A stretch of DNA of 64,000 nt from Eledone cirrhosa (Eukaryota), in contig OZ024758.1 of NCBI GenBank assembly GCA_964016885.1, forward strand, positions 27,652,001-27,716,000, given 5' to 3'. Shown in pieces: positions 41,174 to 56,066 of the stretch (the stretch's first letter is position 1; every line of letters begins with the position of its first letter). Position numbers and translations under genes: made by a program. Under the pieces are notes generated by a model, which saw nothing but the letters and a program-made list of their open reading frames with translations, was not told the DNA's origin and searched no databases.

Positions 41174-42119
41174 TAACTATATTAAAGAAAAGAGTGCAGG
41201 ACTGCGTCCCGAATATAGATTTTTTTTATCCCGTTAGTAAAATAAGTTAGATTACTTTGAATAAATAATGAATGAATGTTACATAATTTATCTACTAAAT
41301 TTCGTAGTTGTTGATTAAACATAAATATTATTAAATATAATTGTTTCTACTTTAGGCACAAGGCCAGCAATTACCCAGTGCATTATTATTAAATATAATG
41401 ATTGCTTATTTTAAGATTCACTTCTTTTAAAATTTTCAAATGTCTACACTTCCGGTTAGCGTCTGTTATATTGTAACACTTATTACATTGCTTATGTAAA
41501 CATCCATGTATTTGCATCATTATATAAGGTTTCATTACATTTCACCATAATGCAGTTTATATATAATATCGTCTTTTTTTAAATGTATCGTGGATTACTT
41601 TACTGATTACAGAAGACAGTGTGACACAGTCTCTCTTCAACTTCTGTGCATATTGTCAATTACGATTTTATTTGACATATCATAACTACATGCATGTATA
41701 TTTGCATATAATATAAATATGCACACTACACATGCTAGCAGAAAACCACCCACAGGGTGGTTTTTCTGCTAGTATATATAGTATAATATAAGCCGATCCG
41801 AATATAAGCCACCACTAGCCCCATTTTATGTCCGAGAAATGAGCAAAAATCCAAACCCTATTTATAAACCAAGGCAGCTAACCAATACATTGTTCAGATG
41901 GCATATACAGGCCAACCCACCCACCACCACTTTACCATCAATGTTTTTGGTCACATATTCCTCAGCTTATATTCAAGTATACAATGTAATTCCTTTTTTG
42001 TTGTTAACTTATGAATGATTGTTAATTTCCTACATGTCCTTAAATAAAGTTATCATCTTAACTATTTTTATGCCAAACTGTTGGGAACCAGCATTACTAA
42101 GCTGCTGCTTCATCTTCGC

Positions 42120-42420
42120 TCAATTATTCCTGAGAGGGTCATGGAGGCAGAGTCCTCAATTATTCCTGAGAGGGTCGTGGAGGCAGAGTCCTCAAACACT
42201 CCCTCTAGCAGGTCCTCTCAGAAGCAACCGTCTCCAATTGTTCCGGTTGAATCCCCAAGCATAATTAGCCAAGCTAACGGATGTTATCGAACCATCTTGC
42301 TGGGGTTCTACCCCTGGGTCACCTACTGGGTGGTTTTGCTCATAAAATCTGTCCAGAGATTCTTTCCCAAGACATTCTAACCACATGCCCATAGTATCAG
42401 AGGCTGTGATCTCTCAATTC
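42120..42420 (-). mobile_element. RTE-type LINE 3' fragment
   Basis: Same family as 31675-32170. Confidence 0.75.
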
Positions 42421-44084
42421 TTTCTTCACTCACTTATTCCAAGGGGAGGTCCTCAGACATTTATCTAAAACCTTATGTAAGAATCTTTGTCAAGCTCTAT
42501 TCCATATACCAGATGAATAACAAGAAAGTTATTTGACTAAATTCCTCACATGTTCTTGATTATTTACAAAATTATTTGAAAAATCACAGGTAATATCTTT
42601 CTATAGAAATATGGTAATGAAAGAGTTAAAACATTGCATTCAGAACAAAATGCTGCTTATAAAATACTATTTGAACTTTAAAAGATACTCCTATAGAAGT
42701 CAGGTAAATTAAGCATAGGAAAAATAATATGACTTTAATACTATGAATTAAGATATATCGTTATGCTGTAGCTATTGATACTGTATTGATACAGATTTAA
42801 TATTGATCAGTCACCATGTAATCTATGAAACTATGGAAGCCAAAAAAAAAATCAATGCTATATTGATAAATGCAATAATTATTACATCTATTATATTCTA
42901 AGATTAGGAAGCTACAACACATTTCTAGGATATCATTATTATCATCATCATCATCATTATTTTATGTCCGCTTTTCCCTGCTTGCAAATTTATATATATT
43001 TATGGTTCCAAGCTAATGAGAATTAGATGAGATTTTTCCTGTACCCGTTCTTTTTTGATGTTAGTTAATTATTCTAGTAGTTTATTGGGCAACATTTAAT
43101 TTTGTTTCATCTTTTAATTAATCTTTTATTACCAGAAATCCACCCACCACCCCTTCATATCTAACTTCTCACCTTTTCTCACACAATTCATAACAATCAC
43201 AAAACTTTATTCAGTAATACTGTATGTATAGAGCCTAAACTCCTGATGGCAGGACCTCCAAAAGAAATGTTGCAAGGTGGTACAAGACCCCTTTGGGATC
43301 CGAAGCAAGTAAAGATTGTTCTCAAAATGAATGTTGCATGATTGCTGTGGGGGTCATCTTAGCTCTTGGGCCCCAGAACAAAGTACTGGCTAGACCCCCA
43401 TCCCATAGGACCTGGCTGATGGAGTCATAGGGGTGACATCATGACATATAGCATGCTTTGGGAATTTTAAACCTGGCATAATCCAGCCTTCTCCAGGTCT
43501 GAATATAGATGATTCCTTCCAAAGGAGAGAAAGGGGAAATAAGAAAGCGATATAGAGGTATAATCAACCTCCATACTGAACTAATAGCTCTTTTATCGAC
43601 CTTGAAAGGATGAATAGCAAAGTTGACCTTGGGAGGATTTGAACTCAGAGTGCAAAGTACATTCTAATTGGTGTTCTAATATGTCAGCCAATCAACACTT
43701 TACTCAGTAATACTACATGCATATATGCATACATACATGCCCTCGTGCACTTCAAGCAGCACATTGAGCCGGTGCTTATCCCGGTTTCATGGCGTGAAGC
43801 CACAGAGAGTACAAAACTCCCCCCTGGACAGGATGCCACTCCATCGCAGGGTTAAACCACCAGCTATTGCTGGTATTCCTTTTAAGCTGAATATACAGGA
43901 GCAACGTGAAATGAAGTGTTTTGCAACCCAGCCCTGGAATAGACCCCACAACATTAAGACCAACACCCTTACCACTAGGTTACGTACCTTCACCAGTAAT
44001 ACTATATTATCCCATTTTCAAACCTTCCATTTCATCTGCTAGAATTTTTTTCAACATGCATCAGCATGAAATAAAAGATAGAAT

Positions 44085-44385
44085 AGCTTGGTATAAGAGG
44101 GATAAGTGGTGGTGTGCTGGAGAGAAGGCTGAGTTGGTATGGACATGTGATGCACATGGAGGATGACTTCTGGGTGTAGAAGTGCCAGGAAGTCTAAGTG
44201 GAGGGAAGACGCAGTAGAGGAAGACCATGAAAAACATGGGCGGAGTTGGTGAGAACAGACCTCAGAGCGCAGAAACTCACCGGGGAGATGATGAAGGACC
44301 GTGACAAGTGGAGAGATGCTGTGCTGCAGAGGACTCGTCCAACCCTTGCAAGGAGGGAAAAGCAGACGTGAAAAGATGATGACGA
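44085..44385 (+). mobile_element. LINE 3' end (also reverse copy at 22650-22835)
   Basis: RRLSWYGHVMHM..GRRSRGRP*KTW..DRDKWR; tail cccttgcaag..gggaaaagcagacgt..(gat)n. Confidence 0.8.
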
Positions 44386-44391
44386 TATATA

Positions 44392-44471
<80 letters not shown>

Positions 44472-46161
44472 TCTTTATTAGCCACAGGGGCACAAAAGAA
44501 GGGGACAAATACAAAGGGGGAAGTTTACATACAATAAAAACGTGTAAAATATTATCACAAATGCAATTAAAAAGATTAGTCGATTTTCCCCAATAGGGGG
44601 AGACAGTTCATATGGGTAACACATACCCCCGAAAAAATGTGCAGCCCTCATCTCCAGGAGTACGAAGAGTTTGTACTCATTTCCTCCTCTCCTCCTTTTC
44701 CTCAACCTACAGGCTGATATAGAGAGAAGGCCCATTCACTCGGGCCATTCTCGCCACTTTCACCCACCTTTCATAAAACTTGCTGGGGTACAGCATTCAC
44801 GAAAGGTTGTAACTGTAGAAACAAAGCAAATTGCCCATTAAAAGGAAATTGCCTTATTAGTAACATAGTATATAAATGTAAAGTTAACACTAAGGACTCA
44901 ACTTATTCATATATAGGAGCTACTTCTAACCAATTTAAAGTAAGATTTAATACCCACAAACACAGTTTTAAAAACGCCGCATTAGCTAATACAACATCTT
45001 CAGCTGAAATAATTAATAATTATAGAAAGAGGAATGTAGATTATAACCTGACCTGGAGTGTGCTCAAAAGGGCCACCCCTTATCAAAATAATAGATATGA
45101 ATGTAGATTATGTTCCCAGGAACTTTTTGAAATAATGAAATCTAAGGATATCCTATTAAATAAACGACAGGAATTAATTATATGATGTAATCATAAACTG
45201 AGAAGAACTTTTAAATATTATAAACCTAATTAATATACACTTTAGAAATTATTATAATAACACTTTTTTTAAAATTAGTTAACCTATAATTAATATTCTA
45301 CTACTAATGAACTGCATAATTTTATTTCCCTTTTACAGCTATCTTTTCCTAAAATTTATACCAATAAGTATACATATAAACTATTTTAATTTCAGGTTAT
45401 GATTCTATGTTCCTTATAATCTATATAAATTTGTTATTTATCACTAATAAATTTACCCCCATAATTATTATTATTATCCCTTCGTTTTTAACAGCACTCT
45501 TCAATTACATCTAACTCTTATTTATCACATCTATATGAATTAATATAAATTTATCCCTATAAATATACCTATCAATTTAATTTATTTATTTTCTTTTTAT
45601 AGATGTAAATTCCCTATATTTTGAATAAGATTGATATTTTTCACTAACACATTTATCGTAAAATTTTATTCTCCTCAGATATTTACATTAGCATTATTCT
45701 TTTATAACATCAATTCTTCTTGTACCTTTTACCAACTTGACCTATTTTCATCCCTAAAATAATCTTTTCATTCATCATACTCTTTCCATTCAAAACTGAA
45801 ATCTGCCTTCCTCTACCCCTAAATTAAAATTCTATTACTACTATTCTACCATCTTGACCACTCACTAACTTTTCTATTGGTCAATTCAAAACCTGTTCCC
45901 AAACAGGCCTATTATATTAAATCTTTGTTGGTTTTTTTCAATAAACAAATATCATTATTTCTGAAGACAGCATATATATGTGTAGGTATGTATATTCCCT
46001 CTGATAGTTTGTAAAAATTTTACATAGATCTATATGATATACATACCAACACAAACATATATATCCTAGAAACGATCGTAAAATGATGAATTTTTTAATA
46101 TAAGGAACTGTTTCTTTGTTTTTATTCATTATTTTTATTAATTTATATATATATATATATA

Positions 46162-46214
<53 letters not shown>

Positions 46215-46290
46215 CGAAGGAAATGTGGTAAGGAACCAGGTGGACCATAACGCACCAAAGTACTCAATACTTGAGGTAGTAGAGTGGGTA

Positions 46291-46510
<220 letters not shown>

Positions 46511-47038
46511 TATATATAGACATATATATATAGACATATATATATATATAGACATATATATATATATATAGACATATATATAGACATATATATATAGACA
46601 TATATATAGACATATATATATATAGACATATATATATATAGACATATATATATATAGACATATATATATATAGACATATATAGACATATATATATAGATA
46701 TATATATAGACATATATATATAGACATATATATATAGACATATATATATAGACATATATATATAGACATATATATTTATAGACATATATATATATAGATA
46801 TATATATATATAGACATATATATATATAGACATATATAGACATATATATATATAGACATATATATATAGACATATATATATATAGACATATATTTTGAGT
46901 ATATGTTGGTTGTATACCAACACCTCAGTATGCAGGCTGGAGCACTCGACGAAGTGCGCAGGTTGGTTTGGTTACTCCGCAGTAGTGTAAAATAAAGTTA
47001 AATAAAAGACAAATGATTAAAATTTAGCTTCGTTTATT

Positions 47039-47093
47039 ACTGCTATATATATTTCAGTGACAGCCATCTTTGGCTGTGACCTCTTCAGGCAGT
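47039..47093 (-). ncRNA. Minimal type I hammerhead ribozyme
   Basis: actgc-CTGAAGA-ggtcacagcc-aaagat-ggctgtcact-GAAA-tatata-TA-gcagt, followed by AATAAA. Confidence 0.78.
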
Positions 47094-47214
47094 TTGAATT
47101 AGTATGGTATAGACAAGTACATATGTTGTTTAGGTGTATAATATTGTCAATACTCTGATATGCCCAGTTCCTTGTTGGGTTGTTATTTCACTGAGGATAC
47201 TTCTTGTTTTAATT

Positions 47215-47252
47215 GCCCTGATGAGTCCTTAATAGGACGAAACATTGTTGGC
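47215..47252 (+). ncRNA. Minimal type I hammerhead ribozyme
   Basis: gcc-CTGATGA-gtcct-taat-aggac-GAAA-cattg-TT-ggc, followed by AATAAA. Confidence 0.8.
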
Positions 47253-47342
47253 TAATAAAGACTTTTGATGTATTGAAGGCTTCTTTGTTTTACTTTCATA
47301 AATATATATATATATATATAGACATATATATATATATCTATA

Positions 47343-47380
<38 letters not shown>

Positions 47381-47398
47381 TATATATATATATATATA

Positions 47399-47434
<36 letters not shown>

Positions 47435-48042
47435 TATATATATATATATATAGACATATATATATATATCTATAGACATATATATATATATATATATCTA
47501 TAGACATATATATATATATATATATCTATAGACATATATATATATATATATATAGACATATATATATATATATATATATAGACATATATATATATATATA
47601 TAGACATATATATATATATATATATATAGACATATATATATATATATATATAGACATATATATATATATATATATAGACATATATATATATATATATAGA
47701 CATATATATATATATATATATAGACATATATATATATATAGACATATATATATATATATATATATAGACATATATATATATATATATAGACATATATATA
47801 TATATATATATAGACATATATATATATATATAGACATATATATATATATATATAGACATATATAGAGACATATATATATATATATATATAGACATATATA
47901 TATAGACATATATATAGACATATATATATATATATATATAGACATATATATATATATATATATATAGACATATATATATATATATATATAGACATATATA
48001 TATATATATATATATATAGACATATATATATATATATATATA

Positions 48043-48080
<38 letters not shown>

Positions 48081-48114
48081 TATATATATATAGACATATA
48101 TATATATATATATA

Positions 48115-48152
<38 letters not shown>

Positions 48153-48188
48153 TATATATATATAGACATATATATATATATATATATA

Positions 48189-48266
<78 letters not shown>

Positions 48267-48828
48267 TATATATAGACATATATATATAGACATATATATA
48301 TATATAGACATATATATATATATATAGACATATATATAGACATATATATATAGACATATATATAGACATATATATATATAGACATATATATATATAGACA
48401 TATATATATATAGACATATATATATATAGACATATATATATATAGACATATATATATATAGACATATATAGACATATATATATAGATATATATATATAGA
48501 CATATATATATAGACATATATATATAGACATATATATATAGACATATATATATAGACATATATATTTATAGACATATATATATATAGATATATATATATA
48601 TAGACATATATATATATAGACATATATAGACATATATATATATAGACATATATATATAGACATATATATATATAGACATATATTTTGAGTATATGTTGGT
48701 TGTATACCAACACCTCAGTATGCAGGCTGGAGCACTCGACGAAGTGCGCAGGTTGGTTTGGTTACTCCGCAGTAGTGTAAAATAAAGTTAAATAAAAGAC
48801 AAATGATTAAAATTTAGCTTCGTTTATT

Positions 48829-48883
48829 ACTGCTATATATATTTCAGTGACAGCCATCTTTGGCTGTGACCTCTTCAGGCAGT
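48829..48883 (-). ncRNA. Minimal hammerhead, second copy
   Basis: Identical to 47039-47093. Confidence 0.76.
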
Positions 48884-49004
48884 TTGAATTAGTATGGTAT
48901 AGACAAGTACATATGTTGTTTAGGTGTATAATATTGTCAATACTCTGATATGCCCAGTTCCTTGTTGGGTTGTTATTTCACTGAGGATACTTCTTGTTTT
49001 AATT

Positions 49005-49042
49005 GCCCTGATGAGTCCTTAATAGGACGAAACATTGTTGGC
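49005..49042 (+). ncRNA. Minimal hammerhead, second copy
   Basis: Identical to 47215-47252. Confidence 0.78.
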
Positions 49043-49134
49043 TAATAAAGACTTTTGATGTATTGAAGGCTTCTTTGTTTTACTTTCATAAATATATATA
49101 TATATATATATAGACATATATATATATATCTATA

Positions 49135-49210
<76 letters not shown>

Positions 49211-49575
49211 TATATATATATATATATAGACATATATATATATATCTATAGACATATATATATATATATATATCTATAGACATATATATATATATATATA
49301 TATAGACATATATATATATATATATAGACATATATATATATATATATATCTATAGACATATATATATATATATATATATAGACATATATATATATATATA
49401 TATATAGACATATATATATATATATATAGACATATATATATATATATATATAGACATATATATATATATATATATAGACATATATATATATATATATATA
49501 GACATATATATATATATATATATAGACATATATATATATATATATATAGACATATATATATATATATATATAGAC

Positions 49576-49606
<31 letters not shown>

Positions 49607-49756
49607 TATATATATATATATAGACATATATATATATATATATAGACATATATAGAGACATATATATATATATATATATAGACATATATATATAGACATA
49701 TATATAGACATATATATATATATATATATAGACATATATATATATATATATATATA

Positions 49757-49792
<36 letters not shown>

Positions 49793-49886
49793 TATATATA
49801 TATATATAGACATATATATATATATATATATATAGACATATATATATATATATATATATATAGACATATATATATATATATATATA

Positions 49887-49924
<38 letters not shown>

Positions 49925-50026
49925 TATATATATATAGACATATATATATATATATATATAGACATATATATATATATATATATATAGACATATATATATA
50001 TAGACATATATATATATATATATATA

Positions 50027-50064
<38 letters not shown>

Positions 50065-50088
50065 TATATATATATATATATATATATA

Positions 50089-50150
<62 letters not shown>

Positions 50151-50154
50151 TATA

Positions 50155-50188
<34 letters not shown>

Positions 50189-50197
50189 GACATATAT

Positions 50198-51815
50198 ATC
50201 GACTTGGAGAAAGCCTTCGACAGAGTCCCCCGCTCCATTATCTGGTGGGCTCTTAGAAAACTAGGCGTTGACGAATGGCTTGTGAGGGCTATACAAGCCA
50301 TGTATAAAGAAACAGTCAGCAAGGTTAGAATTAACAACGAATATAGTGAAGAGTTTAGCGTAAAAGTCGGCGTCCATCAGGGCTCTGTTCTCAGTCCACT
50401 ACTATTTATTATTGCCCTTCAGGCCATAACAGAGGAGTTCAAGACAGGCTGCCCATGGGAACTCCTATACGCAGACGACCTGACACTCATAGCGGAATCA
50501 ATGGCCGAGCTAGAGAAGAAATTCCAAACATGGAAGCACGGCCTAGAGTCAAAAGGACTTAAAATTAACCTGGCTAAGACCAAAGTACTAGTTTGTAGGA
50601 AAGAAAACAAGGCGGCGGTCCCTTCTGGGAAATGGTCGTGCTCGGTGTGTAGGAAAGGCGTAGGTAGAAACTCCATTTTATGTCCTAAATGCAAAGTATG
50701 GGTGCATAAAAGATGTAGTGGGATCACAGGTAGGCTAACTAAGAACATAGATTTTACATGTGGCCGGTGCTCTGGTGCAATAAGTAGCAGCAAGTGCCCA
50801 CAAACTACTAGCTCTTTCAATTGCGCAGAGGGTTCTATAGAAATAGTGGACAGCTTCCGTTACCTGGGCGATAAAATCAGCAGTGGGGGAGGGTGCTCTG
50901 AAAGTACTGTAGCTAGAGTCAGAACTGGTTGGAAAAAGTTCAGAGAGCTTATACCACTATTAGCTGCTAAAGGGTTCTCACTAAAAATGAAAGGCAGGTT
51001 GTACGATGCCTGCATACGAACAGCAATGCTGCATGGCAGTGAGACCTGGGCATTGTGTGCAGAGGATATACGCAGACTAGAGAGGAACGAAGCTTGCATG
51101 CTCCGCTGGATGTGTAACAGTAATATACGTGAACGGCAAAGCATAAACGAACTAAGGAATAAATTAGAGATAAGAGGGATCAGATGTTGTTTACTCGAGA
51201 GAAGGCTACGTTGGTATGGACACGTGATGCGCATGAAAGTCGATAGCTGTATAACAAAGTGCAGGGCAATAAAGATAGACGGTAGTCACGGAATAGGCAG
51301 ACCTAGAAAAACCTGGGACGAGCTGATAAACTCCGACATCACACACTTACACCTCTCCAAGACAATGTCACTGGACCGAGACCTTTGGCGGTACTCAGTA
51401 ACAGAGAAGACCCGCCTTACCTAAATATATAGTAAAACCTACTCCAGCCAGTAGGCATCTCTAACAAATACACCCCGTCCCACCACCCCCACCCGATCCA
51501 CACCACCCCGTTCTATGTAAAGTTATGTTGGTGCCGCGCCATCGAGGCCGAAACAAATGAGATCGTGTAGGTGTCACGACAAAAAAACACACAGTCCACG
51601 CTGTAATGTGGCCGTGTAGGCAACACGGTAAAAACCTCCCAGACCCACACTGTAAATGTGGTTGGTGTTAGGAAGGGCATCCAACTGTAGAAAACCTGCC
51701 AGACAGTCCTATGCGAGCAAGACAATCACTCTTGCCTCAAGTGGGACTACCCCCGTCCAAACCCATGCAAGCGTGGAACACGGACGTTAAACGCTGATGA
51801 TGATGATGATGATGA
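50198..51815 (+). mobile_element. 5'-truncated RTE-like LINE; open RT C-terminal ORF 50204-51424 with PHD-like insert
   Basis: [45 protein letters not shown] in one frame; 3' UTR ends in (tga)n; flanked by TA satellites. Confidence 0.93.
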
Positions 51816-51817
51816 TA

Positions 51818-51871
<54 letters not shown>

Positions 51872-51889
51872 TATATATATATATATATA

Positions 51890-51931
<42 letters not shown>

Positions 51932-52173
51932 TTTATATAGACATATATATATATATATATATATAGACATATATATATATATATATATATAGACATATAT
52001 ATATATATATATATATATAGACATATATATATATATATAGACATATATATATATATATATATATAGACATATATATATATATATATATATAGACATATAT
52101 ATATATATATAGACATATATATATATATATATATATAGACATATATATATATATATAGACATATATATATATA

Positions 52174-52209
<36 letters not shown>

Positions 52210-52317
52210 TATATATATATATATAGACATATATATATATATATATATATATAGACATATATATATATATATATAGACATATATATATATATATATAGAC
52301 ATATATATATATATATA

Positions 52318-52604
52318 TCATCATTTCATTTCATTTTACGTCCGCTTTTCCCTGCTTGCAAGGGTGGGACGGGAACTGATTCTGGCCTGATTTCTACAGC
52401 TGGATGCCCTTCCTAACACCAACCTCATTTACAGTGAGTGCTGGGTGCTTTTTTGCCGTGGCACCTCCACGACCACTTTGCAGTGGAATGATAGGGACCC
52501 CAGTCCCTATCATCTCATTTCTACAGCTGAGTAAACTGGAGCAATGTGAAATAAAGTGTCTTGCTCAAGGAAACAACACATCACCCGGTCTGAGAATTGA
52601 ACTC

Positions 52605-52605
<1 letters not shown>
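52318..52605 (-). mobile_element. SINE family B, 5'-truncated, in TA satellite
   Basis: Near-identical to other copies. Confidence 0.87.
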
Positions 52606-52635
<30 letters not shown>

Positions 52636-52651
52636 TATATATATATATATA

Positions 52652-52744
<93 letters not shown>

Positions 52745-52931
52745 GCGATGAATTAGTTTTGCGAGGTTTTTTATATGAAATCGTGTGTCGAAACAAATAT
52801 TGTTATACTTGGGGAGGGTCATATTGTTGTAATATTGCCAGAATTAATAACAGAACACACTCTGACATAACAATAACTCTGAGTATAGAAATAACAGCCA
52901 TAATAGTAATAACAATAATAATAGCAGGAGA

Positions 52932-55752
52932 GTGAGAAATAGTGATAATGGTAATAATACTAACGATAGACACAACCACAACAACCACAATAATAATAAT
53001 AATAATAGAAACATTAACTACAGACACAGCAGCAGCGACCACAGTAGTAATAACGGTAACAATACGAACAACAACAACAACAACCACAGTGGTAATAATG
53101 GAAATAATACATGTAGCAACATCAATGATAGACACAACAAAAACAAGAAACATAATAAAAGTAACAACCACAATGGTAGAAATAACAGTAACAACAACAA
53201 TAACGGTGAAGTAAACAACAATCACAGCAACAATACATCTAGCAATCATAACAATAATAATAATGCTAATGATAGGAACAACAACAACCACCATAATAAC
53301 AATAATAGCAACACACACAACTATGACGATAGATATAATGACAACCCCTTAGAGAAACTATTTTTCAACCCAGCTGACAAAACATATAAGATGGGTAATA
53401 TCTATCCTACGAGGTTACCCTTTAATAAAAGAGTTTGCATACCACAACAAATAGATGACGAGACAGAAGCACAGTTCACCATAGCTAGAAATAAGATTAG
53501 ACAAATAGTAGACCGGTATACTAAGAGACAGAGCAGACCAGAGGCCCAACAACTTGGGAGGAAACCTGTAGAAGGCTTGGTTAGGCTCAAGCAGCGCACA
53601 AGGGATGGTGAGGTAGTATGTCTACCCACGGATAAGTCGGGTAGGATGTCAATAGATAGCATGCCGAACTACATCAAGGCTATGCAACCCCACATCACCA
53701 ACACGAGCGAAATTGCACAGCAAACACATGATGGGAGAGAGAAAATCCTCAACGCTCACATTATGATGTGGACTGACATCCTAAAGCCAAGCAGATGCAC
53801 TGCCAACAACTTCCAGGCATCTAACAATGGCATACCACCCTTGTATGGGCTCCGCAAAGACCACAAGACAGTCGACGACCTGACAACAGGACCACCAACA
53901 AGACCCGTATGCGGAGCTAATATAGCTAGCAACTACAGGATCTCCTACTTCCTCTCAATGGTTATACGCCCCATAATCAAGATGTCCCCAGATGTATGTG
54001 ACAGTACAGAGGACCTCCTCAGCAGAATCAGAGAGTGCAACAAAAACAGGAACCTATCCAACTGCATAATAGGCAGCATGGATGTGGTATCACTGTACCC
54101 ATCCATTAACATTGATTTTGCTGTGAAAAGATGTGTGGAGATGATCATTGAGAGTGAGGTGGAGTTCTGCGACGTCGACGCAGACGAACTGGGCCTCCTA
54201 CTTAGACTTACCTACGACACTGACTACCTAGACAGCCATGACCTTAGACGTTTCTGCCCTAGTAGACCCATAAGAGGTAGACCCCCCCACCATAACCCCC
54301 ATGCCAAAAAAGACTCCCATGGGAAGGTGGATTGGGTGGACCAAAGCTATACAGACCCCCCAAAACAAAGATCAGGTAAGAAAGATGGTCGCACATGCAA
54401 TAGGGGCTAGTATCAAAACTACCCTAAAGGGCCACATATTCAAGTTCAACGAGAAGATCTACACCCAAAATGAGGGAGCAGCCATTGGCGTCAGCATAGC
54501 TGGTGATGTTGCCAACCTTTTTATGGTATGGTGGGAAAGGAGACTTAAAGATCTCCTTAATGAGAGCTCCATAGACCTCATCATGTACTCTCGTTACGTA
54601 GACGATATCAATATAGTTATAAGAACATCCCCACTAGAGAGCTCTAACAAGTTTGATTTAGAACGTAGCACAATGGAAAGCATCCAACAGATAGCTAATT
54701 CCATACACCAGAGTATAACTGTAACTATCGACTACCCTTCCAAACACCCTAACAATAGACTACCTGTATTAGACACGGAACTCTGGATTAACACTATAGA
54801 CAAGAGAGCCCAAATTCTTCACTCACACTATGCTAAACCCATGGCCTCCAAATACCTAATACTCAAAAACTCAGCAATGTCCAGTAGTGCTAAGTTTAAT
54901 ATTCTGATCGCAGATTTGGTACGAGTGATGAAGAATGTGTCCCGCATGTGCGACCCAACAGAAATGGAAAGACACATCCAACACTTCATCAACCGCATGC
55001 AGTTCTCTGGCTACAACCAAAGAGACAGAGTCAGAGTATACGAAGGAGCCATGGAGAAGTATAAGACCCTCATAGAACTGGACATGAAAGGAATTTGCCC
55101 ATTATACAGGAGCAAATCATGGAATAGATTAGATAGGGCTAGACATAAGATAGGGAAAGCCACCTCATGGTACGACAACCAGAGATACCAGAGAGTCATG
55201 TTTGTGGATGCTACCCCTGGAGGGAAATTAGCTAACCAGTGTAGAAAGGCCCTGAGAAAGACCCACTTAAAGATTAAGGTGGTAGAAAAGCCAGGAACCA
55301 CCATAAAATCCCTGATCAGCAAAACCTACCCTTTTAAGAAAACCCACTGTACTAATAGGAAATGTATCATATGTAAGGTGAACCCCCGGATAAACTGTAA
55401 AACTAGAAATGTAGTCTATAGCATAAGATGTACAGAGGGTACTTGCAGAAACATGACAACAACATACATAGGCGAAACAGCTCGTAGCATAGGTGAAAGG
55501 ATAGACCAATACTGGGGGGAACTAAAAGGACGAAAAAACGGGTCAGTACTATACGAACATGCCAGACAACAACATAACGGTAACATAGAGAACATAGAAA
55601 TTAAAATAATATCTAAACATAGAAATGACCCAGCAAATAGGCAAATCAGAGAGGCCAGTGAAATAGAACTTAGAAGGCCAAGGCTAAACAGAAAGAATGA
55701 ATGGAATAACAACAACACCCAAACAAACAACACTGACCTAAGAGAAGTATAA
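52932..55752 (+). pseudogene. PLE RT/GIY-YIG polyprotein split by a single extra C at 54282-54288
   Basis: PTDKSG, LYGLRKDHK, RPVC, SMDVVSLYPSI, QNEGAAIG, RYVDD, LPVLD, CxxxxCxxC linker, VVY..YIGETAR; deleting one C joins the two ORFs (RPPTITPMPKK). Confidence 0.9.
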
Positions 55753-56024
55753 ATAAGTAAATAAATAGATAAATAAATAAATACATACACAAGCACAATA
55801 ACAACAAACACAGATAAACACACACTAGTAAACATAGAACACATTAACCAATACACAGTCACCCAATCACGAACTCACATCAAACAAAACACTATACACA
55901 CACGCAAACGCATGCGCAAAGAAGACAAAATAAAATAAACAAACAAACAAATAAATAAATAAATATATAAACAGACTAAATAAAGATGGCGTAGAAATAC
56001 AATGCAACGGGAGGAATCTATAGC

Positions 56025-56066
56025 ACCACTGATGATGTTGCAGATGTGCAACGAAAGATTTATGAT
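56025..56066 (+). ncRNA. Minimal hammerhead in the PLE 3' pLTR
   Basis: acca-CTGATGA-t-gttgca-gatg-tgcaac-GAAA-gatt-TA-tgat; one mismatch in stem I. Confidence 0.68.

Noticed and set aside
44470-45900. Possible decayed L1/Tx1-like element
   Set aside because: Too degenerate to support by translation from inspection
52803-53318. Hydrophobic multi-TM-looking ORF
   Set aside because: Antisense reading of the PLE's AAC/AAT-rich leader
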